Shown here: in pieces, positions 54,090 to 64,000 of the stretch
Layout: each line of letters begins with the position of its first letter
Position numbering within the stretch: position 1 is the stretch's first letter
NCBI GenBank assembly: GCA_013239625.1
Contig: MU053304.1
Coordinates: 806,001-870,000 of the forward strand
Length of the DNA stretch: 64,000 bases
Direction: 5' to 3'
From: Lama guanicoe
Taxonomy: Eukaryota
Program-made: the position numbers and the translations under genes
Notes under the pieces: model-generated
What the model saw: the letters and a program-made list of their open reading frames with translations, nothing else
Databases searched by the model: none
What the model was told of the DNA's origin: nothing

Positions 54090-54700
54090 TGGGAGCTGCG
54101 AGCATCCCGCGGGCCCTGGCGCCCGCCGTCCACCCCGGGAATGAATCTGTCAGCGGGAGCAGCCGCCCCGCCGCCCGCCCGTCCCGTGGAGGAAGCCGCG
54201 CAGACGCCGCCCGCCCGGCTGGCGCGGGGACCAGGTGGGGCCGCGGCCGCGCCCGGGCCCCTCCGCCCTGATGGTCATCTCCGCAGCGGCTCCGCCCCAA
54301 GAAGGGGTTTCCACCCAGTGACCCGAATCTTGGGGGCGGTGCTTCACTGCAGTGACTTCGGGCCTGGGAAGAGTAGGGTGGTGGGGGGGGTCTTGCATAG
54401 GGTTTAAGACAGCAGCCATCCCGACCTGTCCTGGGCCCCTCCCCGGCGGAAATTCGGCTCCTGCCCGGCCCCAGGCGCACTCCCGCCTGCCCACCTCCCC
54501 CTCCACCGCGGTCACTTCCAGGAATCCGGACTCTGGCCTGTGCCAGCCCGGCGGTCAGAGTGCAGAGAGGTTCCCAGAAATCACACGCATTCTGGAACAG
54601 AGACAGTTCCCACCCTGGCGGCCCGGGCATCACTGTTTTCCGCCCATCACCCGTCCCAGCCCGACCCTGGGAAGGAAGTCGGGGCAAAGACTGGAGCTGC
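54090..54700. promoter_or_regulatory. Second CpG island ~4.6 kb upstream of the ARMC9 TSS
   Basis: Dense CpG with multiple CCGCCC GC boxes and ETS GGCGGAAAT 54445-54453. Confidence 0.7.
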
Positions 54701-56872
54701 CTGGGGCACAGCAGCCCGACCTCGCCTTCCCTGATTACAAGCTCTCTGGTCCTGGTCCTGCGCCTCTTCCTCCGGCCTCAGCTCCTTACAAAGTCACATC
54801 AGGGAAGCAGAGGACTCCTTCATGTCCCACGACAGAAACCTGTCTCAAAACATCTTAAATCAAAATGAACTCTCCTGGCTCACATCACAGGGAGTCAGGT
54901 GGAGCTGGTCTCCCACAGACAGAGCTGGAATTAGGACTCCAGTAATGCCCTCCGTCTTTCCGCTTCTGTCTGTCCTCTCCGCACTGCCATGGGCTCTGTG
55001 TGGGGCTGGGAGGAAGCCAGTTCTCTCCATGGCTGCGCCTCCAGCGTGAGCCCAGGAGCAGTGGTGGCCTGGGCAGAGAGCCAGGGGGGACAGATGAAGC
55101 TCTGTGGGAGAGCTCACTGGAGTCTGGGAGCCCCCGATGGTCTGGGTCCCCCCCCCCTTCCCCTTGAGGCCTCGCTGCACCCTGCCCTTAACTGTAGAAT
55201 ACCTCTGTGCCATATACGGTAAAGGCTCCTTTGCTGAGCATGTTTGAGTTGATTACTTTGCTCACAAGAAGAGTCTGGACTCCCACAGGCTCCCTGTGCA
55301 AATCCGGCTCCCTCCCAACAGCCCGGCCTGCCGGGGAGGCGGAGCTCTCTAGCAAGGAGGAGAGGGGGAGGGACACTGACGCTACCCCAGCGTCCAGCTC
55401 TGTGACCTCCTTCCCGCCCACTGCGACGGGGCGTGGCCTGGTGCTTGTCTGTACCAGGTCCCAGGAGGGCCTGCCGAGATGAGGGGAGGTGCTGAAGTAG
55501 GCAGAGATGTGGAGTTAACATTCAATGTGGCAGCATCTTGTCCAGGCTCAGAAGTTTGGTAAATGATGTTAAGGCCCCTCCCCTGAGTGTTTGCAGCCCC
55601 TGCTTTGAGTAGGGGCTGAGAAGCGGTCCAGGAGATGCGATCTGAACCGGGTCCATCCCTTGGGTTTAGGCAAATAGGGCCCAGCTGAAGGCCTGGAACA
55701 GTCCCGACAGAGGTCAGCCTTGGGGAGACTGAGTACATCCAGGAAGGAATGGAAGGAACCATATTATCAAATGCTGCAGCGATCTGAGGCTTGACAGCTG
55801 GCAGCTGCCTTCCAGTTTCACCAGCTTCACGGTACAGCGGGCCCTGGCTCCAAGGAGATGCTCCCAGCCAGAGCCCCACCTTAGAGTCACAGATCTTTGG
55901 GACTGCAGTGACCACAGACTCTGGAGTGAACGGGACCCCACGAGAAAACTCTGGGGAGGGAGAGAACCCTGTGGGAGGGGGACCTCCTGCCGCGAAGGGA
56001 GGCTCAATGCCCCCATCCCACCACCCTCGTCTTTGAGCTCTGGGGCTGGGAAGCAGGTGCCCTGGGCTGCAGCAGCACCTTTGCTCCGAGCCTGTTGGCT
56101 GGTGGCAGTGGCAGAGTAGGAGACGCTCTGGTTGAAGGTTTCCGAGCTGGCAGGGAGTGGTGAAGCCCAACAGCCACGTCCGGGCTCAGAGGATGACAGT
56201 TGCCGTTTGTATGGAGATGAAGGAAATTTCTTCCTTCAGATTTTCTCACAGGCTGAGCGCTGGATTCATTTGGAAGAAATACCTGGATCAGTCCTTTGGG
56301 CTGAGGGTGGGCGAGGAACAGATGAGAACCCAAGGTCTCAGTGCTCTTGCTTCCAAGGGGCTGGGTGTTGCCCCCGAGGGCGTTTTCCTCCTGGGTGGCT
56401 GTGGGTTGAGTGGTTCAAGGAGCTGGGCCAACCTGAAGTGCCCTGGATTGGAGGGGACTTGGAGTTGGAGAGGAAGGGATCCAGCAAGTTGGGGCGCTGC
56501 TTGGGGAAAGGATGGCAGTGCCAGCTCCATCAGACAGGACTCGGGGACCAGAAACATCTAATGGAGGCAGGTTGTTTGCTGTGGAGCATGCAATATTGTG
56601 CTCCAATTTTTCTGCCTTTTTCCATACTAATAAAACCAACCATTTTTAGCTGGTCACATACCACTAGGTGATTCAACTCTGGCCCAGGGGATGAGAGCAG
56701 AAATGACGCGTCCAGCATCCAGGACGTGTCTATTACGTCTATCAGGGCAGGGCTGTGCCTTCTTTGCTTTCTTCCCCTTTCCCTGACAGCCAGGATGCAG
56801 ATGTATTGTTTGAAGCACAGGAACAACACGGGACCATAAGGTGACCTTGGGAAAGGAACCCACGCATGGCAG

Positions 56873-57310
56873 ATACTTTAGTTTGCTGGGGCCACTGGAA
56901 CAAATGATCACAAACTAGGTGGCTTAAAACAACAGAAATGTATTCTGTCACAGTTCAGGAGGCCCGAAGTCCAAAATCAAGGCATTGGCAGAGTTAGTTC
57001 CTCCTGGAGGCTCCAAGGGGCACACACAGATCATCCTCTCTCCTAACTTCCGGGGCCCGCTGGCAGCCGGCACTCCTTGGCTTGTATCTACATCACTCAC
57101 TCCATCTCTGCCTCTCTTGTCATGTGGCCTTCTCTCTGTGTCTCTGTCTCCGTGTGTCTTCTCCTCTTCAAATGGATTTAAGACCTCCTCTACTCTTCAG
57201 TATGACCTCATTGTATCTAATTACATCTGCAAGGGCCGTATTTCCAAATAAGTTCGCCTTCTGATGTTCTGGGTGGATACAGATTTGAGGGGGACAGTAC
57301 TCAGCCCCGA
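56873..57310 (-). mobile_element. MaLR LTR (MLT1C-like), nested in an older MLT1-type LTR
   Basis: CACAAACTAGGTGGCTTAAAACAACAGAAATGTATTCTGTCACAGTTC motif. Confidence 0.8.
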
Positions 57311-59384
57311 GCATGGCATGAGAAGACAGAGGGAGGTGCATCAGGCCAGCCCTGCACCAACTACCTGCAGACTTGATGAACCAAGGGAAACCACAGCGTC
57401 TGTCTTATTTAAGCTGCTAGCACTTGGGATGCACTGGGACCTGTGGTCAAATCTAATTCACACGAATTAGGCAGAGCCCCTCACGCCGTCTACACATTTC
57501 TCTGTTGGGGATTCTTGGGTGGGGATACTTGAAAGGGAGCTGATTATGGATGGGCACAGGGTGAAAACCCAAAGACAGTGCCTGGTTGCAGAGCCTGGGG
57601 AGGAGGGCAGGTGATACCTGCCTGGATCAGCCACTGGATCTGCTAAGCGGCACTTCCTGTGGGGAGTACTGGTTTGGGAGAACTGGGCGAAGAAGTCAAG
57701 CATCCAGTGGTGGATCCAAGAGGTAGAGCCTGGGGAGGGGTCCGGGAGCATCAGGAGGCTGGCCTAACCCTCTAGGAAGGTGGGGGTGCTGGCTGACCCA
57801 CCGCTACCTCCAGGGGCCACCCTGGATAGTGGTGCATGCCACAGTGTCCCTGGTCTGGACCCCAGAGCTCCTTGCATCTAAGCTGTCCAGGTCTTTGGAA
57901 GGCCAGGTCCCAGGCCAGGCCAGCTGTGGCTACACAGCTGCCCGGCAGGCCCTTTGCCATCTCCACCACCAGTGCCAAACTTAGAACACAGGTCTGGGGA
58001 AGGAGCCAAGACAAGGGACATTCTTCTCTCCCCGTCCCTGCAACCTGCTGGTCCCAAGAGCCCTCGGGACTCTGGTCTGTCCTGACTCACATTTTCTAGA
58101 AACATCTGTCCTGTGGAAATGTGTGTGCACCTGTCTGGAGGAAGAAACGGGGTTTTAGATAACATTCTCTACTTACACTTGGAAGTCTGGCTCACTCCAG
58201 ATCCTCCAATCAGGGGCTCCTAGGGGCAGGGGGCACGGCGCAGCCCTGTCAAGGGAGGCTCTCCAGGAAGGATGCTCGGCCCTCAACCATCCACTGCCCC
58301 CACCCACTCCCCTCCGGGAAGCTGTGAGTACTGCAGGCGCCAGCCAGGGGAGCCCATTCATTTTCTCTGCCCACTCAGCCCTCACATGGCCTTATAGGGC
58401 AGAGGCTGCATGGAGACCCGGCCTACAGGGAAGAACAGGCAGGGCCCTGGAGGGGCTCCAGTGAGGCCACCCTGCCGCCTGGGTGCTGAGTCTCCATCTT
58501 CTCAGGCTCCCCCTTCAATAACAGGCTTTGTCATGTCCTCTTTCCTATCCTAAAATGAAATTCCCAGATAATATGACCCACTCACCCACCTGATTCTAAA
58601 ATAATCATTATAATGCCCTAACTGTAATAGACAGAAATAAAAGGAAAGCAATTTATTTAAAAAAGATAATATATATTTCCCTCTGTAAGCCTTTGGGCCG
58701 ACAAAGCAGTCTGATGCACGAGGTCTTAGGCAGCTGCTGCCATGCAGACTGTCGCAGGGATGTGGTGGCGGCGATTCAGTAATTCAAAATGATGAACAGC
58801 TCTTGGTAAAGCTCTGGACCAGACCGAGCCCCGTCTTACCTCACCCACACACGGCAGGACGCCCGGTGTGGTGGGCTCCCACCAGGAACACCAGCTGGGA
58901 TCCCCAGTCATTGCAGAAACTAAAAATGCCCCCATCCCACCAATGTGGGAAATGCCTCCCTGCCAGGTGTGGGCCGCCCTGCTGAGAACCACAGCTCCAG
59001 GCTCTGGGGGTGGCGGGGAGAAGAGTGTGGAAGGACCAAGCCCAGTCCCAGGAGCTGATGACCCGGTGTGGGCAGTAAGGACAGACACAGGGGGAGTTCA
59101 CGGTCATCAATTGGTGCCTGACTTCGCTCCCTCACCTGGAGGACACAAGGCCATCAGGCTCCAGCAAGAAGCCTGAAATCCTGACCCTCACTTCGACATC
59201 GTCAGTGACGAGGTTGTGTCAGTCCGGCCTAAAATTTCTCTCAAATCCATGTTCTCCCCTTTATCACTTCTGCCTCCTCCTTAGCTCAACTTTCATCTCC
59301 CTGGTGGGGGCTGCAGTGCTTTCCTCTCCCTGACTCCCTCCGTCGTGCCCCGCATTCAATCACTGCATCTGCCCCCCATTACAG

Positions 59385-59755
59385 GTGGGCTGCCATACAG
59401 AAGACTACAGGCCTGGAGGCTTAAACAGCAGAACTTGGCTTTATCACAGTTCCAGGGGCTGGAATTCCAAGATCTAGGTGTCGGCAGGTTTGGTTTCATC
59501 TGAGGCATCTCTCCTTGGCTTGCAGACGGGCTCCCTCTTGCTCTGTCCTCATGTGGTTGCCCCTTGGTCTGGGTGTTGTCTGTGTCCCAAGCTCCTCTTG
59601 TAAGGACACCAGTCACAGGACTAGGGCCCAGCCATTTGACTTCATTTTAACTTAACTACCTCTTGCCAGACCCTGTCTCGCTACAGTCATGTTCTGAGGT
59701 GATGGAGATTACAGCTTCAACATATGAACTTTGAGGGGATACAGTCTAGCCCGCA
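59385..59755 (-). mobile_element. MaLR LTR (MLT1A-like)
   Basis: GGCTTAAACAGCAGAA...CACAGTTCCAGGGGCTGGAATTCCAAGATC...CAACATATGAACTTTGAGGGGATACA. Confidence 0.8.
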
Positions 59756-61761
59756 TTACCCCTCTTCAATGCCTCATCTTGAAGTCGTCTATTGTCATCA
59801 AATGCCAGAAGTTCAGCTTCAAGTGCATTATGTTTTGCTTAAGCAAAGAGAACTTGTTACTCATGGAACTTCGTAGTCTGGGGGTAGAGGCACAGTTGGA
59901 TTTGGAGCTCGTGTGGTGCCATTTGGATCCACCTCTGAGCTCCTGGGTTCCTCTCGGTGGGCATCACATTCAGGTGCAAGGCTCAGCTTAGGCCGCACCC
60001 GAAGTGGAAGAGACAGTCGTTCCTGGGAGCTGGAACCCATGACCCAGAACTGGTCTTGTTGGCTCAGACTGGCCTGGCCTGGGCTGAGTGCTCCTCCCTG
60101 AACCAGCCACCGTGGCCTGCGGGCGGAGTGTGCTGACTGGCCTCTGGGTCGAGCTAGGCAGTCATCGGTTCCCTCAGGGGGAAGTGAAGGTACAGACATC
60201 AGTTACCGGAAGGAATGCACGTTGGTGTCTGGTCTGCAAACGTCCGAGAAGCTCGCTGGAGAAGGGGTGAATACGCGAGTGAATGAGCTCCCTAGACCTT
60301 CCCTAATGTGGTACAGAGATCTGAGCTGAAGCCAGTCCTCTATGGACTTAATTTCCACAGTTCAGTCTGGTCACACTGGCTTTCCCCTCAGACGCAATGC
60401 TTTTCCATTTCCTTATAGTATCAGCTCCGCTGCTGGAGTCTGACTTTGTCTCGAGCCAGTGGCTTGAGTGTGTGGAGGGACTAAGTACAAATTACATGTC
60501 CCTGTTCGGGATGGATTAGGTCCTTTAAAGACTCTAAGCAGTAAAAAGATTATGGTGTCTCCATGCCAACCACCACCCCATCATTACCCTCATTAAAAAT
60601 AAAAACATTTCTAAGCCACAGAATAAATGTAAGGAAGTCTAACTGCTTGTTCATTTTTCCCATAAAGACTATTTCAATTACAAATATATGCTGATCAAAT
60701 TATTTTAAGAAAAACGCAATTATTTTTTCCTGGGCCTCTGCTCTGCCGGCTCCAGCATGCTCTTTGGCCTGCTGATGGGAACTTTGGCCCTACCATCCTT
60801 GCTTGACCCTTGATCCCCCTGCTGCTGGCTGAGGTGCTACAGGACTGTCTGAACACAGTTCCCCTTAGAACACTGAAGAGAGGAGAGGCTGGGGCACCTG
60901 TGTCCAGGCTACTGTGGGGCCACTTGAGGCCTGGAGATTCCAGGGCAAGGACTGACTGACATCCACTCATAGGCACTGTCTGCTCACATAATGCCATGTG
61001 TGTGAATCTCCCTGGGTCACTCCAAGGGACAGACAGTCTCAGGTTGGGGGCCATGGTAGGGTCCTTCCCAGGTAAGGGGTGTATCGTGCCTGCCCCTGCT
61101 GGCTGTCTGTGAGGGCGGCTCCTCCGTATGCCCACCACAGAGCTCTGGGAAAGAGAGCAAAGCATCTCATTAAATGGGCTGTTGCCTGAGTTAGACCAAC
61201 CCAAAGTCCTTTATGATGGTGAACAGCAATCGCCATGTTGAGCGTAGAACCTGGAGCCAGGGAAGCAGCAGGCCTGGTGCCACGTATCCCATGTAATGAA
61301 GAGAGACCCACCCAAGGGCCCCAACAGGACAGCACTCCCACTTTCTGCCAGTTGGTGCGTTCATTTGGTTTCTAGGGACTTTTCTTCTGGGAATGGTTCT
61401 GCCTCCAGGTATGTTCCCGCGGTCGCGGTGAGGTCCTACCTTACCCTGGAGATATCTGTCTTCTCACAAGGGCTGTTGCTGATGGCTGTGCTGTTGGTGG
61501 GGGTCTGGGGTCCTCACTATCCCCGTATCCACAGCCCATCTAGACGGCAAGGTCTGGAGGCAGCTCTGTGTGGGACAGGGTTTCTCGGTGTGGGCTCAGA
61601 ATCATCTTCATGAGGGTCACCCGAGTGCCGGCTAAACTGGCTGATTACTGAGTTGGATTCAGATCTGCCGTGTCACTGCCATAGTGGCTAAAATAAGCAA
61701 CAGCAAAAGCAAAAACGAAAGAAATAGGTTTTGTAGTCAGACAAACCTGGGTTTGAATTCT

Positions 61762-61880
61762 TTTTTTGTTTTGTTTTGTTTGGAGGGTGAGGTAATTAGG
61801 TTTGTTTGATTGTTTCTTTGTTTATTGGAAGTACTGGGGATTGAACCCAGGACCTTGTGCATGCTGAGCTGTACCCTCCC
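61762..61880 (-). mobile_element. Camelid-type tRNA-derived SINE with internal deletion, nested in a MIR
   Basis: TSD CCTGGGTTTGAATTCT at 61746 and 61881; lacks the segment between CATGCT and GAGCT seen in sister copies. Confidence 0.88.
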
Positions 61881-64000
61881 CCTGGGTTTGAATTCTAGTT
61901 TCAGAACTTAGTATGTACCCTCATCCTCTCTAAGTCTAATTTTTTGTAAAATGGGGATAGGAATTCTATTGTGAGGATTAAAAATGGTAATGTGAAGAAA
62001 GGGCCCAGCGTAGGGCCTAGCACACAGGAGGTAAATACAGGTTTGCCACTGTCATCTGTCCAGCCATCTGTTTGACCAGCCGTCTGTCTGTCTACCTGTC
62101 CACCTGTCCATCAGTGAGCCAGGAACTGCTGTAGGCACTAGGAATACAGCAGTCATCAAAAACAAACTCCTTGTCCTCATGAAGTTTACATGCTAAGTGG
62201 GGGAAATAGACAATAAACAAACATGATATGCAAGGTGGTTGTAAGTGCCACAGAGAAAAATAAATCAGGATCAAGTGTCTCACTAGACTCTCCAAGTATT
62301 TAATCTGAAGCCAACAAGTGTGATTTCTCAAACACTGAGACAGGGACTTTGTGGGGATACTTTGTGGCTTGCCCTCCATGAGCTTATTTATAAACTGGCT
62401 GGGAAACAAAAATCCTATACACACAGGAAACCACTAGGGAACAACAAATCGCCTGCCAGCCATGTGTCATACATGCCTAGGAGCTGCTCAGAGGAGAGAC
62501 TGATTACTGGGGTTGGCAGGGAGGTGTAAGTGAATACCCCTACCAGGCTTCTGATCCAGGAACAAGGGAAGGAATATGCTTATTCCTTATTTTGGAGAGG
62601 CTAGTTCATACCCAGCATAAGCAGAAAGCCTCAGATGCTTGTAAACCTCTTAAAGCTTTAGAACATGAATCAGGGCTTCTGAGAGATCATGGCTCGAGTC
62701 AGAGGCTCTTCACACCAGGTCGTGGGAATACAATTTGATGGGAAACTCTTTATCTCTGTCCAGCTATTTGCCAAGTCCCAGCTCTGCGTGATGCCCAAGA
62801 TCTTTGAAGGTAATTATCTCCTGGATGCAAGTTTAGTTTAAATAAATAACTTAGTGATTTGGAAATCACTGAGCGCATGCACCAAAGGAACTGCCCAGAT
62901 CCCAGGAAACAGATGGGGAGTGCCCAGCAGCAGTGGGCTATTTTATACAGGTTGTGGGTATTTGAAAATGATGCTTTTGTTGGCAATCTCTTTTTGAAAA
63001 GGAGTCCTGGCTTAGGAGCATGGAGGAAGACACAAACTTGGAGCAGAGGCTGGATGGATGAAGAATAGGCAGAGAAATATGGGCCATACCATTCTGATTC
63101 AACTAAAATTCAGTGACTACCTACCTGCTGAAGTGCGGAGCTCTTTAACTGAGACAGGTTATCTCAAGATATAGCACCTACCTCACAGGGCGGCTGTGAG
63201 GAATAAGTCGGTACCCACGAAGCTTAGTGTCGAGCACATAGTAAGCATGCAATGAGTAGCCGTTACCATTTACTCCCCACGACAACCTTGAGGTAAACGT
63301 TATTCCCTCTGTACAAACGAGGAAGACGCTAACGGACATGATCAGGATCTGAAGCAAAGTCTGAGGCCAGAGTCCACAATCTTCCTGTTACACAATTTGG
63401 TTTGGGAGGGTTCTTCCCTACAGCTTTTACTTGTAAAAAGTGAGAGGGTAGAAAAGGAACTGCAACTTGAGAAACAATCAAGCTAAGCACTTTCTAAGGG
63501 ATTTTCTGAGGAAAGTTTATTATGAGGATAAGGCGGTGGGGAGAAGACTGAGACAGCCACGCACACTTTTTAGCTCAAGCCGGTTTCTTCTCGTTATCTC
63601 ATGCCAGTTACAGATTTCAGAGACATCATCTTGCACATGCACACAAGGAAAAGATAAGGTTCTTCAAGAGTAAAATCAACTGAAAAACAGCCCTTAGAAG
63701 GATCGTTTAGTCACTGCAGGAGATAAATGAGAAGACATTTAGGCCTCCGGGGACGGCAGTCCCAAGACGGATAAAATCACCTCTAATGTGCCCATGGACT
63801 CTGTCCCACATATTCTGTTAGTGCTCAGTTGTGGTCCTCACCGTTCTCAACAATACAGGGACTCAAAGTATATATGATCATACATTGTGTGCTAGGATTG
63901 TAGTGGTGAGCAAGACAACTGTGGGGGAAGATGGGCAAGTCAGCTAGGCAATAACTGATACTATGCTGTGACAAGGACATTTCGGGGTGATGCTGAGCCC

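Noticed and set aside
53773..54687. 304-aa ORF and other overlapping ORFs
   Set aside because: G/P/R/A-rich translations typical of stop-poor CpG islands; the ORF runs through a MER5 relic and resembles no protein I know.
55382..56671. 262-aa and 179-aa ORFs
   Set aside because: GC-rich intergenic sequence, no recognisable domain and no coherent exon structure.
55000..64000. Exons of a neighbouring gene (PSMD1 expected from human synteny)
   Set aside because: I recognised no PSMD1-like or other coding exons; the neighbour probably lies beyond the window.

Overview
This is mammalian genomic DNA, very probably from a camelid, judging by six copies of a tRNA-derived SINE (GGGGAGGGTATAGCTCAGTGGTAGAG...CCTGGGTTCAATCCCCAGTACCTCC) and a young L1. 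The window holds the 5' part of the ciliary/Joubert-syndrome gene ARMC9 on the minus strand. It has a CpG-island promoter with an RFX X-box (~49.2-49.9 kb), a non-coding first exon and 11 coding exons (43618 down to 2250). Spliced by hand, these give one open frame of 1119 nt (373 aa); the gene runs off the left edge. The intron 30331-33469 is U12-type (GTATCCTTTT donor, variant TTTTCCTGAAC branch site) and precedes a 25-nt microexon. The remainder is intronic or intergenic, with L1, L2, MIR, MaLR/ERV LTR and hAT relics. These include two 5'-inverted L1 insertions (one with three segments and a 13-bp TSD) and a solo LTR next to the promoter. A second, unassigned CpG island lies at ~54.1-54.7 kb. 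I found no convincing novel multi-gene system; the best leads are splicing and regulatory architecture and retrotransposon structure. Exon numbers assume the non-coding exon is exon 1. Old repeat boundaries and subfamily names are approximate and come from memory, not a database search.
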